A stretch of 20,000 nucleotides of DNA from an uncultured virus (IMG/VR IMGVR_UViG_3300034104_005052) (taxonomy: Duplodnaviria; Heunggongvirae; Uroviricota; Caudoviricetes), in the IMG/VR virus record IMGVR_UViG_3300034104_005052, positions 52,069 to 72,068 of that record, one strand, 5' to 3'. The notes beneath the pieces were generated by a model. The model made no database searches, was not told where the DNA came from, and saw only the letters and a program-made list of their open reading frames with translations. The position numbers and the translations under genes are program-made. Of this stretch, positions 1-9,824 are shown in pieces (within the stretch, counting starts at the first letter, position 1; the number at the start of each line of letters is the position of its first letter).

Positions 1-1
1 A

Positions 2-3000
2 AGACTTCCTATCAATACAGCCAGAGATGCTGCACATGTCAGAACAATAACTGACAAATATTTCAATAGATCTTTAGGTCCATATTGCAGAGTTCAATTT
101 ACAAATATTGCAAGTTCTTTGACTGGAATTGCATTTGATGACGAGCAACTTGTCTATCTTGGTAGAGGCATTTCAGGTGCTGCAAGAGATCAGATAGGCA
201 CAGCAAGATTGCGTTGGATAGAACCTTATAGTGTTGCCAATAGTGTCTATAATTTACATCTTTTCAATGTTGAAATGTCTGGAACCGCATCGTTTGACGA
301 TGTGACTAGAATTCATCACGCATCTTCGGGGACAGCACATGCATTTTCAGTTACTGGAAATGATGGTTTAATCAACCTACAGAATAGTAATCTTCTGTTT
401 GAATATCCAACGGGAACAAGAGGTAAAACAGTAACTGATGCTAATTATTCAATCGCAGGCTTCTTTGAAGTGACACTAGGGGCAGGAAACTTCCCCTCCG
501 TCGGATCAAATGGTTCAAGAGGTGTTGTCAACATCACTGATTACACTGCAAGTGCGACTGATGTTGCATTCTCTGTTCCACAAGACTATACGGTTTTGCC
601 AGATGAAGATGTCATGGCATTCACTAGAAGTGGATTGCCAATTGGTGGGACTGCCTACAGAAGAAATGACCAAGAACTTGATCTGACTTTAACGGGACCA
701 GGAGTTATATCTGGAGAAAAGGTGTATATCGTAACATCAATCGATGTCCGTGCGCTTGATTACCCTGATCTTCGTAGAAATAAGACTGTCGTAACCGAAA
801 ATATTGGATTTACTGCTGCTGGCGGATTTACTGGAATATTTTCTGGATTAACAACAGATCAATACAATAACAGTGTTCTGTATCTTGCAGGAAAAGTGGA
901 TGTTTTTGATATCATATCTGTTACAGGAGTCAAAGACACAACAACACAACTAAAGCAATACTTCACATTTGACAATGGACAAAGAGATAATTTGTATGAT
1001 TGGTCTAGACTGAGTTTATTGGCGGGAGTCACTGGAGTTACAGGTCCATTCCAAGCAACGATAAAGAGATATGAGAGATCTGGAAATCGTGGACCATTCA
1101 TAGTTGATTCCTATCCTTCTCCATACTCTGATATTCCAAAATATTCTAGTAGAACAACTGGAAAGATATATGATCTAGCAGATGTGATCGACTTTAGACC
1201 TGATCGTGGTTCAAGTGGTAATGTCGTTGGTTATCCTTGGTTCCCAATCAATACTGCTGCAAACGATCAACTTTTCTCGTATCAACACTATCTTCCAAGA
1301 ACAGACAAAATTGTTTTGAATAGAGATAGAACATTCTCAGTAATTAGTGGAGTTCCGAGTCTTGATGCTCAATCTCCACCTGATGATCCGAATGCAATGA
1401 CACTCTACTCAGTTACGGTGAATCCATATACATTCGATAAGAAAGATGTGTCTATTAGATTCGTGGAAAATAAGCGTTACACGATGCGTGATATCGGTGA
1501 ACTGGAAAAGAGAATAGAAGCAGTAGAATACTATACAACATTGACGCTTCTTGAACAAGAGGCAAAATCCATATCGATTGTCGATGACAGCAATATTGAA
1601 ATTCCTAAGAAGGGTATTTTAGTCGATCAATTCAAGGGACACAATATTGGTGATGTCACCAACTCAATGTATGCTGCATCTGTAGATTTTGAGAAGAATG
1701 AACTTCGTCCTCCATTTGTTTCTCGGGTTTTTGCGCTCACGGGGCCATCAGAAATCTCAGGACTGACAACTTCGGGTGACGGAATCGTGACTTTGAACTA
1801 TACGACACAGGCAGAAATAGTTCAGCCTCTCACTACAAGAACATATACAATTAACCCATCAAATGTTTTCAATTACCTTGGCTCTCTGATGCTGTCTCCT
1901 TCTTGTGATTTCTGGTTTGACACAGGAATTACTCCATCAGTAAAGGTCAATGTTGATGGTGAAAATGATGCTTGGCAATCAGGCGATGGTTTCGGTACAC
2001 AATGGAACGATTGGGAATCAATTTGGTATGGTCGTGAAGTTGCTAATGAGGTCAATACAAAACAAAATATTGTTGACACGAAGAATTCAGTGGTTGCAGG
2101 AACTAAAGGTCTCAGTTTAGGAAACACATTTAAGTCTGGTGTTCCCGAAGGGATAAAGAGAAAGTCTATCTCTAAAGTCATCCGAAAAGATGTCGTTCCT
2201 TATATGCGAGACAAAACAATAACAATGAATGCGTATGGCCTAAAGCCAAATACTAAATTCTATGTGTTTGTTGATGATGTTGATATCACAGCATATTGCA
2301 CAGGTGGTTCACAAATCACAAGTGAAAAGGGTGAGATCAGTAATCTGAAATATATTATGAGTCAGGATGTGGAAAATGAGTTCTTAACTGGCCGTAGAGT
2401 TTTCAGAATCACCGACAGTAGTACTAATACTGTCTCTGAGACAACTATGGCCGCTGACGCTATTTTCAATTCATCGGGAAGTATTGATACTTTACCCGAA
2501 GATGAGATACTCTCAACTCGCTCTGCTATTGTTCGTCGTAGATCGACAAAGTCGAATAAAATTCAGTCTAACTTGACAGAGTTATTATCTACAGATTTCT
2601 TCGGTTATACCGAGCCAATGAGCCAGACTTTCTTTGTGGATCCTGTTAAGTATCCCGATGGTGTGTTTGTGAAAACCGTTGGCGTTGCATTTGCAGGAAA
2701 AGATAGTGATCCAAATTCTGCGATTACTCTTATGATAAAGCCAACCCAAAGTGGATATCCACACCCCTCAAAGGTGATGCCATTTGGACAAAGGACTCTG
2801 TATTCTTCAAGTATTACAACAACGGAAGACGGATCTACAGAAACAACATTCGATTTCTCAAGTCCAGTTTATCTTCTTCCGGGTAGAGAGTATGCAATTG
2901 CTATTGCAACGAATAGTAGTGATTATATTGTTTTCGGTGCGTCTATCGGTAGTGATCTAATTCGTCTTAGTGAAGGTGACCCAATACAAAAGGCAACTAA

Positions 3001-3862
3001 ACAACCCGCAATACGCAGCATATTCTTGCCGCAAAATACAGGCAGTCTTTCGAAGAAAGAAACAGATTCCTTAAAATTCTCAGTATATCTTTGCAAATTC
3101 TCGCCGCAGTCTGGATATGTGAAATACGAAAATAATCATGAATCTTATGGATCTGACACTAAGTTCGATCTCATGAGAATCAATATGAACTATATTTCAC
3201 CATCAAACACTTCGACCACATTTAGTGAAAGAGGGTTGTTAGGTGACATTGGCGGTTCTTTCATCGCTGCTCAAGCAAATAAAAATTTGAATCGTCCAAC
3301 TACAAGATCAACGAGAAACATGGGGACAGGTAAATTCTCAGAAGTTAGAGCAAATATGATCGGAAATGCTTATGTTTCTCCTTCTCTTGATGTGGAAACA
3401 TCGCACTATCTTGTAGTTGAAAATAAAGTAAATAATAACTTCGTTGTCGCTACCAATCGTGAATTGTTCCCTAATAATCTGGGCGCAACAGCACCTAGCG
3501 AAGCAAGATACATCACTAAACAAGTAACTCTTGAGCCAGGATTTGAGGCAACAAATGTTCATGTTCAGATGTCTCTCTGTAATCCATACGATTCATCTAT
3601 TCAGGTGTTTGTGAGACCACTTCCTGTTGGGGAAGGTGATTTTAGTAGTATTGGTTACACTCAATTGAATACTACTGACTCAGGATATTCACAAAATTCT
3701 GATGAGTTCAGAGAAGTGCTTTATACGAGTGACGGATTGGGACTCTCTAAATTTAGGGCGTTCGCCATAAAGATTGTAATGTATTCGTCATGCACATCGA
3801 CTTTACCAAGCGATCCGAGATCTCTACCAAGAATTAGAAATCTAAGATTGGTGGCTACATGA
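2..3862 (+). CDS. Large virion structural protein, DUF4815-like (T4-like phage baseplate/tail-associated); 5'-truncated
   Basis: The frame is open from base 2 (RLPINTARDAAHV...), so the TTG at 119 is not the true start. It carries motifs typical of this family in aquatic T4-like phages: DVIDFRP, YLPRTDK, NKRYTMRDIGELEKRIEAVEYYTTLTLLE, VDQFKGH, QTFFV, FSSPVYL, ARYITKQVTL, and C-terminal F..FAIKIVM...PRIRNLRLVAT. Confidence 0.8.
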   Translation, partial: RLPINTARDAAHVRTITDKYFNRSLGPYCRVQFTNIASSLTGIAFDDEQLVYLGRGISGAARDQIGTARLRWIEPYSVANSVYNLHLFNVEMSGTASFDDVTRIHHASSGTAHAFSVTGNDGLINLQNSNLLFEYPTGTRGKTVTDANYSIAGFFEVTLGAGNFPSVGSNGSRGVVNITDYTASATDVAFSVPQDYTVLPDEDVMAFTRSGLPIGGTAYRRNDQELDLTLTGPGVISGEKVYIVTSIDVRALDYPDLRRNKTVVTENIGFTAAGGFTGIFSGLTTDQYNNSVLYLAGKVDVFDIISVTGVKDTTTQLKQYFTFDNGQRDNLYDWSRLSLLAGVTGVTGPFQATIKRYERSGNRGPFIVDSYPSPYSDIPKYSSRTTGKIYDLADVIDFRPDRGSSGNVVGYPWFPINTAANDQLFSYQHYLPRTDKIVLNRDRTFSVISGVPSLDAQSPPDDPNAMTLYSVTVNPYTFDKKDVSIRFVENKRYTMRDIGELEKRIEAVEYYTTLTLLEQEAKSISIVDDSNIEIPKKGILVDQFKGHNIGDVTNSMYAASVDFEKNELRPPFVSRVFALTGPSEISGLTTSGDGIVTLNYTTQAEIVQPLTTRTYTINPSNVFNYLGSLMLSPSCDFWFDTGITPSVKVNVDGENDAWQSGDGFGTQWNDWESIWYGREVANEVNTKQNIVDTKNSVVAGTKGLSLGNTFKSGVPEGIKRKSISKVIRKDVVPYMRDKTITMNAYGLKPNTKFYVFVDDVDITAYCTGGSQITSEKGEISNLKYIMSQDVENEFLTGRRVFRITDSSTNTVSETTMAADAIFNSSGSIDTLPEDEILSTRSAIVRRRSTKSNKIQSNLTELLSTDFFGYTEPMSQTFFVDPVKYPDGVFVKTVGVAFAGKDSDPNSAITLMIKPTQSGYPHPSKVMPFGQRTLYSSSITTTEDGSTETTFDFSSPVYLLPGREYAIAIATNSSDYIVFGASIGSDLIRLSEGDPIQKATKQPAIRSIFLPQNTGSLSKKETDSLKFSVYLCKFSPQSGYVKYENNHESYGSDTKFDLMRINMNYISPSNTSTTFSERGLLGDIGGSFIAAQANKNLNRPTTRSTRNMGTGKFSEVRANMIGNAYVSPSLDVETSHYLVVENKVNNNFVVATNRELFPNNLGATAPSEARYITKQVTLEPGFEATNVHVQMSLCNPYDSSIQVFVRPLPVGEGDFSSIGYTQLNTTDSGYSQNSDEFREVLYTSDGLGLSKFRAFAIKIVMYSSCTSTLPSDPRSLPRIRNLRLVAT

Positions 3863-4056
3863 AAGTACCCGTTAAAAATAACAAAATGGTTCGGGATACA
3901 AAAACCAATGCCATTCTCTCAGTCGATATTGATGCCATTAAGGCATACGAAGAGAAGAGAAGAAAGATTCAGACCGAAAGAGATAGACTAAATAGGCTAG
4001 AACTAGAGGTATTGGAACTTCGTTCCATCATAGATCAATTAAGGAATAAGCCATAA
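3859..4056 (+). CDS. Small conserved phage protein with coiled-coil C-terminus
   Basis: 65 aa. ATGA overlap with the upstream stop and TAATG overlap with the next gene. The VRDTKTNAIL motif and heptad-like tail (RLNRLELEVLELRSIIDQL) resemble the small ORF that usually follows DUF4815 genes in T4-like cyanophages. Confidence 0.75.
   Translation: MKVPVKNNKMVRDTKTNAILSVDIDAIKAYEEKRRKIQTERDRLNRLELEVLELRSIIDQLRNKP
3988..3994 (+). promoter_or_regulatory. Possible T4-type late promoter (CTAAATA) for the 4056 fibre gene
   Basis: Same heptamer as the three intergenic boxes, about 60 nt before the ATG at 4056, but it lies inside a coding sequence. Confidence 0.4.
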
Positions 4057-7000
4057 TGTCCTGCACATGTACCGGCAACTGCGACCTAATTAATATTTCA
4101 AATTTAGTCCTATCGGACACATTTCATACATGGTACGATAGAACAAATGAGATAATTGATGCTATAAATCCACTACAAATCTATGATGTTAATGTTGGGC
4201 AAACTGATGGTGGTTTGACTTTAAATTCAACTTGCGTGAATGGTGACACAAACGGTGTCATTACTTTGAAAGTATGGCCTGGACCCGGAATTGGTGTCGG
4301 TACAACATTAACTCCAAATTACTATCTAAACCACACGATGATAGATGTGTCAAACATGTTGACACTCGGCGTGACGGGTTTCTCAGATGCGATTGTAGCA
4401 AATAGATCACTAACATCATTCCCGAACATAAACGACTGGTTTATAGTCAGTGATACTCTTGATAATAGACTTGGTTCGGGTGCAGGAACTCCTAAGAGAA
4501 TTAGCGCACAGCACATTCTGCCCCCAACTGTCTATTTGCCTCCTGGATTTCAATTCAATGGTAATGTCAGTATAAATGGAAATTTGAGTGTTCAAGGTAC
4601 TGCATCAAATGTCGATTCAAATGATCTTCGTATAGAAGATAAAGTAATTGAACTTGCATACCATAGAATCGTTGCTATCGATGTCACTGGTCCAACATAT
4701 GGGGGATTCCCCGCACAAGGTGCTACCTTCTATTATTATGATCCTGGAGTGACTAATCCAACTGATTACACCACTAGTGGTCAAGTTAGTGAAGTAAATT
4801 TCTATCCATCGTTTACAACACTAAAATTACATAACTTTGTTTTTGGTGGAGTAAATGATATTGTATCGGGAGGCAGTATCAGCATCACGGGAACTGTTCT
4901 TGATTTCTCAATGATTGCTGGACCAACTACTACTGAAAATTTCTATGGTGATATTGAGTTGGATGAAGCGGGGATAAGAGTTCGTGGTTCGGATAGTGAT
5001 AAACACTTCATATGGGTTTATGAGCAAGGACCATATCAAGAAGTAGTGAATACATTCATGGCAGACACCAATCTTGGTGTCAGCGGCACAGATTTACACA
5101 TTTATTCTTCAAGATTTAAGGCATTTGGTTACTACGACCCAGATGTTGCGGCTTACAAAGATGATTATAATGATAAGTTCCATTTCATCGGCCATGAAGG
5201 AGCAAATACTTCAATAAGACTCGGTGGATTGGGTACAGGAGGATCTTTAGATGCTCCGTATGGATATTGGGGTATTACAAGATATAACTACGGTTCTACG
5301 GGTTCACAGCAGCCTCTTGTATTCTCTTTCAAACAGAGTTTAAATCACGGGGAACAAGACAAATTCACGATTTGGTCGGGAGCATCGGGTCCACAATATC
5401 CTTACATCACAGGACCAACGGGACAAAGTGATAATGCAATAGACCATTTTGCACAAAGACTGAATGTCGATTTCTTAGATGGTGCACACGGCACTACGAT
5501 GCCAACGCCATTCAGCATTCCTGTTGCAAGAGCAAGTGGAACGATTGATCCAGGCTGGATTGACTTCGATAATTCATCAATCGGTAAGTGTTACTCTGTA
5601 ACTGCTCATAGTTTTGTAATTGGTGATGTTGTAAGACTTGATCCGGATAATTTAACAATAACTGGTGCGATTGCAACGAGTCCTGAAAATGCAGAAGTAT
5701 TGGGTATCGTTAGTAGAGTTGTGAATGCTAATAATTTCTGTGTTACGACTAAAGGATACATATCAGGTCTTACTGGTACTGCATCTTCAAGAATCGCATC
5801 GATTCTTCCATTGGCACCCGGAAATGCATACTTTTTGAGTGCAGACAATGTTCGTGGAATGATTGCTGATCCTGATGGTGGGGCAAGTCAACTCCAACTT
5901 GGTGAAATTCGTAAGCCACTTATAGTTGCACTCGGTCCAGATAGTGCCTATGTTCACAATTATCTTGGTGCTGTATTTGGTGGAATTCCAAGTGGAGGCG
6001 GTGCAGGCGCAACAGGAACGCTGAGTGATGTTGTTGATATTCAAGGTCTGATGCCGGTAGGGATCATACAGCCTTTTAGTGGAGAAATTGAATATATTCC
6101 ATCAGGGTGGTTGCTATGTGATGGTAGAAGACTCGAAAAATCATTGTGGACAGAACTGCATACCGCTATTGGGCAGAAGTTCTATGCTGATGGGACATTG
6201 AATAGTTCTTATAACCCTAATGTTGGGGGTAATGTTCCGATAGATATTGCAGGATGGAATCGTGGACTTTTAGTGAATGATGCAGTTACTGTCGAGGCAA
6301 CTGTAGGTGGAGTCCTGAGAGAATCGGACACATTTGTTACATCTGTAAATGGAACAACTGTAAGTTTTGACGAAAACACATTTGCATATGAAACTTTCAA
6401 TGGAGCAACTTCGTTTAGAATTAGAGGTAGACTAAAGACTCCATCTGAAAGTTATACAAGCGTTTTCTTTATTCCCGACTTACGCCGTAGAATTCTTGTT
6501 GGTGCAACTAAAGGTCTGACAGGTTCCCTTACACCGAGTATTTCTGTCGGTGATATTGGTGGAACGAATCAAGTTACTCTGTCTGCTGCAAATATTCCAC
6601 CGCATGAGCATAGACTAACATCTGCATCTATCAATACTGGTTTAGACGCTGAAATCGGAGTTGGTTTTGGTCAACCAACTTCGGACAGTACTGTTGATAC
6701 TTACTTTACTGCCCGTGGCCCTCTAGGGGTAAGTACAGCACAGCCATTCGATAACATGCAAGAGTATGTTACTGTTCATTGGATTATTCGTGCACAGAAG
6801 GGTCTTAGTGCAATTATCCTTACAGGACATAATCATGATGATCGTTATGTTCGCTACGATAGTTCACAGACAGTCACATCCTCACAAAGAAATACATTTA
6901 GATCAAATGCACATGTTTTGAGTGATGGATCTGACGGTGGGGCAACATTCGCAAATAGACTCACCATAACAGGTGGTGCCGTCATAGGTGACAATGGTTC

Positions 7001-8156
7001 TTCACTATTGATTGTTCGATCAGGAGCCTCATTTGGCGGCGGTGCGACATTTAATGATGTCAGTATAGTGAAATATCCGTTCTCATCGGGTGGGTTGACT
7101 CACAAGGGAGTCATCAGTTCTGACAATATCAGTAACTATACAAGATGGTCTATTCGTGGAAATCCATATTCTGAAGCATCAAATGGATATGGTGATCTTC
7201 TAGTTGAAAGTGGTTGGTCTGGTTCTTCTTGGAACACACTTTCAACTGTTATTGCACCTATGAGTCAGGCTGCGATTAAAGTTCGTGGCGGAACCATTGG
7301 TACTTCTTCCATTGCAATTTTCAATGACAACGCTCTTGGTGCAACTAATGATGCTTGCTCTCTTTTAATGTATGGGAAGGGAACTGCATCTGACGATGTA
7401 AATGAGGTAAAGTTCTCCTCTGGAATTAGAGGCAGAATTGATCGTGCAGAAACTTCAAGTACGATTACTAGGAAATTTAGTATTGTTCTTGGTGGTGGAT
7501 CTTCGCCAAATGCCGCAGAAGATGTTTTCACTTTCACAAGAAAGGATAGTACACCTGCAACTGTTGACATTAACATTCCTAAGGGACTTGCTACTATAAC
7601 TAGCCCGTCATCTTATGTTGTTCTTGATTCAAATAACAATTTGAAGAAAGTTACCACAGTAGTAAGTGCACCAAATATACCAGGAGCCTCTAATACGCTG
7701 ACAGGTGCTGCATCATTTGACAGTAGACATTTCCAAATCGGTTCTACGGGACATGTGGTCAGTAAGATTACGGTTAATGGGCAAATTCCTGATAGTGATG
7801 GAAATATTACTATTGATATACCAACACCAACAACATCATTTGGTGTTAAGGCACACGGTTCATATCAATTAAATGGGAGTACTATTAGTACGATAGTATC
7901 GGGGAATCTTTCATTCAGTATACCTACTGGTGGTCAAATTGGAAGAGTGCGATGTACATTCACCACGCCTATGACTAATACTAATTACACTGTAGTTGTA
8001 ACTCCTCTCCGTCCGGCTAATTGGGGATCTTCACAAATTGTTAATTCAGCCATGGGAGTTTGGCAAGGATCTAAGACAATAACTCATTTTGATTTGATTG
8101 CAGATTCAACTTTTAGTCCAGGACCAAATTCATCCGAAGTGGTGGTTATAGGATAA
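4056..8156 (+). CDS. Tail fibre / baseplate-associated fibre protein with interrupted tail-collar domain
   Basis: 1366 aa, Gly/Ser/Thr-rich. Motifs: N-terminal SDTFHTWYDRTNEI; fibre motifs GNLSVQGT...DLRIEDKVIEL and LNVDFLDG; collar motifs MPVGIIQPFSG..IPSGWLLCDG...ELHTAIG and FFIPDLRRRILVG...NIPPHEH...HWIIRA; GHNHDDRY; TVNGQIPDSDGNITI; C-terminal beta domain (CTFTTPMTNTNYTVVVT). Confidence 0.8.
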   Translation: MSCTCTGNCDLINISNLVLSDTFHTWYDRTNEIIDAINPLQIYDVNVGQTDGGLTLNSTCVNGDTNGVITLKVWPGPGIGVGTTLTPNYYLNHTMIDVSNMLTLGVTGFSDAIVANRSLTSFPNINDWFIVSDTLDNRLGSGAGTPKRISAQHILPPTVYLPPGFQFNGNVSINGNLSVQGTASNVDSNDLRIEDKVIELAYHRIVAIDVTGPTYGGFPAQGATFYYYDPGVTNPTDYTTSGQVSEVNFYPSFTTLKLHNFVFGGVNDIVSGGSISITGTVLDFSMIAGPTTTENFYGDIELDEAGIRVRGSDSDKHFIWVYEQGPYQEVVNTFMADTNLGVSGTDLHIYSSRFKAFGYYDPDVAAYKDDYNDKFHFIGHEGANTSIRLGGLGTGGSLDAPYGYWGITRYNYGSTGSQQPLVFSFKQSLNHGEQDKFTIWSGASGPQYPYITGPTGQSDNAIDHFAQRLNVDFLDGAHGTTMPTPFSIPVARASGTIDPGWIDFDNSSIGKCYSVTAHSFVIGDVVRLDPDNLTITGAIATSPENAEVLGIVSRVVNANNFCVTTKGYISGLTGTASSRIASILPLAPGNAYFLSADNVRGMIADPDGGASQLQLGEIRKPLIVALGPDSAYVHNYLGAVFGGIPSGGGAGATGTLSDVVDIQGLMPVGIIQPFSGEIEYIPSGWLLCDGRRLEKSLWTELHTAIGQKFYADGTLNSSYNPNVGGNVPIDIAGWNRGLLVNDAVTVEATVGGVLRESDTFVTSVNGTTVSFDENTFAYETFNGATSFRIRGRLKTPSESYTSVFFIPDLRRRILVGATKGLTGSLTPSISVGDIGGTNQVTLSAANIPPHEHRLTSASINTGLDAEIGVGFGQPTSDSTVDTYFTARGPLGVSTAQPFDNMQEYVTVHWIIRAQKGLSAIILTGHNHDDRYVRYDSSQTVTSSQRNTFRSNAHVLSDGSDGGATFANRLTITGGAVIGDNGSSLLIVRSGASFGGGATFNDVSIVKYPFSSGGLTHKGVISSDNISNYTRWSIRGNPYSEASNGYGDLLVESGWSGSSWNTLSTVIAPMSQAAIKVRGGTIGTSSIAIFNDNALGATNDACSLLMYGKGTASDDVNEVKFSSGIRGRIDRAETSSTITRKFSIVLGGGSSPNAAEDVFTFTRKDSTPATVDINIPKGLATITSPSSYVVLDSNNNLKKVTTVVSAPNIPGASNTLTGAASFDSRHFQIGSTGHVVSKITVNGQIPDSDGNITIDIPTPTTSFGVKAHGSYQLNGSTISTIVSGNLSFSIPTGGQIGRVRCTFTTPMTNTNYTVVVTPLRPANWGSSQIVNSAMGVWQGSKTITHFDLIADSTFSPGPNSSEVVVIG

Positions 8157-8159
8157 GTT

Positions 8160-8501
8160 ATGGCAATATCGATCAACAGAGACATGGATCAAGGATCAGA
8201 CTTTTCTTTCTCTTATATTGTAAGAGGAAGTGACGGGTCTCCCACGGACATTTCAATAGGTTATACAGCATATTCACAGATGCGTAGATTTTACTCGTCA
8301 ACAACGGGAGTCAATTTAACCACATCAATAACAGGATCTACGGGCAATATTATAGTTTCTATGTCAGCAACAAATACTGCAAACATAAAGGCAGGAGTTT
8401 GGTTTTATGATGTGGAATTACATTCGAATGGCAGTGAAAATGTCCAAAGAGTAGTTCAAGGAATGATAACTGTTTATCCAGAAATTACGAAAATTTCTTG
8501 A
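8160..8501 (+). CDS. Small Ig-like (BppU N-terminal-like) virion structural protein
   Basis: 113 aa with DQGSDFS...GYTAYSQMRR...GNIIVSMSATNT...GVWFYDVEL...RVVQGMITVYPEIT, a pattern recurrent in the tail regions of aquatic T4-like phages. Confidence 0.7.
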   Translation: MAISINRDMDQGSDFSFSYIVRGSDGSPTDISIGYTAYSQMRRFYSSTTGVNLTTSITGSTGNIIVSMSATNTANIKAGVWFYDVELHSNGSENVQRVVQGMITVYPEITKIS

Positions 8502-8529
8502 ACATCTTATATCATCTCATAATCGATTG

Positions 8530-8536
8530 CTAAATA
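8530..8536 (+). promoter_or_regulatory. T4-type (gp55 sigma) late promoter, CTAAATA variant
   Basis: Intergenic TAAATA core about 35 nt upstream of the glycosyltransferase start. The T4 consensus is TATAAATA. The same heptamer occurs in the other two long gaps. Confidence 0.7.
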
Positions 8537-8569
8537 GTTCAGACTCAACAGTTCATAATGGAGATTAAA

Positions 8570-9766
8570 ATGGCTGAAACAGCGATTCTTGAGCCTACGA
8601 TTCAAAACACGCAAACTAAGACGAATAAGAGCGGAATTCCTACGGTCAACCTTTGCATGATTGTAAAGGACGAGGCACATGTCATCGAAAGATGTCTTGC
8701 TTCCGTTCTTCCTGTGATCGATTATTGGGTTATTGTTGATACAGGTTCAACTGACGGAACGCAGCAAAGAATTAAGGATTTCTTTGATCGAAATGGCATC
8801 CCCGGTGAACTACACCAAAGCACTTGGACAGATTTCGGAACGAATAGAAGCGAGGCTCTAGAGTACGCCCAAAAGACAGGGCACGACTATAGCCTCATGA
8901 TTGATGCAGACGAGATTCTTGTTTTCGATCCTGGCTTTGATCCACAGACTTTCAAGAAGGGTCTAACTGCTGATCTCTACAATGTGTTTGCAATGTTTGG
9001 ACAGACTAAGTACCATCGTCCACAATTGACAAGCAATCACAAGAAATTCTACTACCGTGGAATTCTTCATGAGTATGTTGATTGCCATGATCAGATCTCA
9101 ACTAGAGATTTTGCCCGTGGATTTATCAATACTCCAATTCAAGATGGTAATAGATCTAAATCTGCTGATAAGTATGAGAAAGATGCAAGAGTATTTGAGG
9201 CAGCACTTGAATCAGGTAAGGTCGATGAGAAGGATCTAAACCGATATCATTTCTATCTTGCTCAGTCATACCGTGATTCGCAGCAGTGGGAAAAGTCACT
9301 TTCTGCATACTTGAAGAGAGCAGAACTTGGTGGTTGGAATGAAGAAGTTTTCTACTCGTACTATCAGGCGGGTAGAATCATGGAAATTCTCAACAAGTCA
9401 TTCGATGAAATCGTCAAGACATATTTCCAAGCCTACCAGGCTGCCCCTTGGAGAGCAGAGAGCCTATGGGCTGCTGCTAGACTCTGTCGGACATACTGCC
9501 GCTGGGATCAGGCTTATCGCTTCGCCAAGCAGGCATTAAAGATTCGATATCCTGAAGGTGCTTTGTTTGTTGGTCAAGGTATCTACGAGTGGGCAATCCT
9601 TGATGAATTTGCTATTTCATCATATTGGACTGAGCATTATCGTGAATCTCGTCTAGCATCAATGCAACTTTTAAATGATGGTAAGTTCCCGCAAGACCAG
9701 AAAGAAAGAATTGAAGCAAACCTCAAGTTCGCCACGGAGGCTCTGTTAACAGAGCCAAATGGGTGA
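8570..9766 (+). CDS. Family 2 glycosyltransferase (GT-A fold) with C-terminal TPR-like helical repeats
   Basis: GT2 N-terminus NLCMIVKDEAHVIERCLASV...IVDTGSTDGT, FGTNRSEAL, DxD motif MIDADE and GILHE. TPR-like helices follow (RYHFYLAQSYRD, AYQAAPWRAESLWAAARLCR...WDQAYRFAKQAL). Start placed at ATG 8570 because GGAG at 8560-8563 is a well-spaced Shine-Dalgarno; the ORF track start at 8558 is 4 codons upstream. Confidence 0.9.
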   Translation: MAETAILEPTIQNTQTKTNKSGIPTVNLCMIVKDEAHVIERCLASVLPVIDYWVIVDTGSTDGTQQRIKDFFDRNGIPGELHQSTWTDFGTNRSEALEYAQKTGHDYSLMIDADEILVFDPGFDPQTFKKGLTADLYNVFAMFGQTKYHRPQLTSNHKKFYYRGILHEYVDCHDQISTRDFARGFINTPIQDGNRSKSADKYEKDARVFEAALESGKVDEKDLNRYHFYLAQSYRDSQQWEKSLSAYLKRAELGGWNEEVFYSYYQAGRIMEILNKSFDEIVKTYFQAYQAAPWRAESLWAAARLCRTYCRWDQAYRFAKQALKIRYPEGALFVGQGIYEWAILDEFAISSYWTEHYRESRLASMQLLNDGKFPQDQKERIEANLKFATEALLTEPNG

Positions 9767-9793
9767 TACTTGGTGGACTGAGTAGTTTGCTGT

Positions 9794-9800
9794 CTAAATA
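9794..9800 (+). promoter_or_regulatory. T4-type late promoter, CTAAATA variant
   Basis: Intergenic, 24 nt before the ATG at 9825, followed by SD AAGGA at 9813-9817. Confidence 0.7.
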
Positions 9801-9824
9801 GTCAAGTTACATAAGGACTAACGG

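Noticed and set aside
119..121. TTG start of the first ORF
   Set aside because: The frame is open back to base 2 and no SD is evident, so the gene starts upstream of the window.
8570..9766. Glycosyltransferase as a T4-style DNA glucosyltransferase
   Set aside because: It has GT-A/GT2 motifs plus TPRs and a late structural context, unlike the GT-B alpha/beta-glucosyltransferases of T4. This is disfavoured rather than experimentally excluded.
9767..9790. Possible terminator after the glycosyltransferase (TACT...AGTA then GTTT)
   Set aside because: The stem is too short and weak and there is no proper U-tract.
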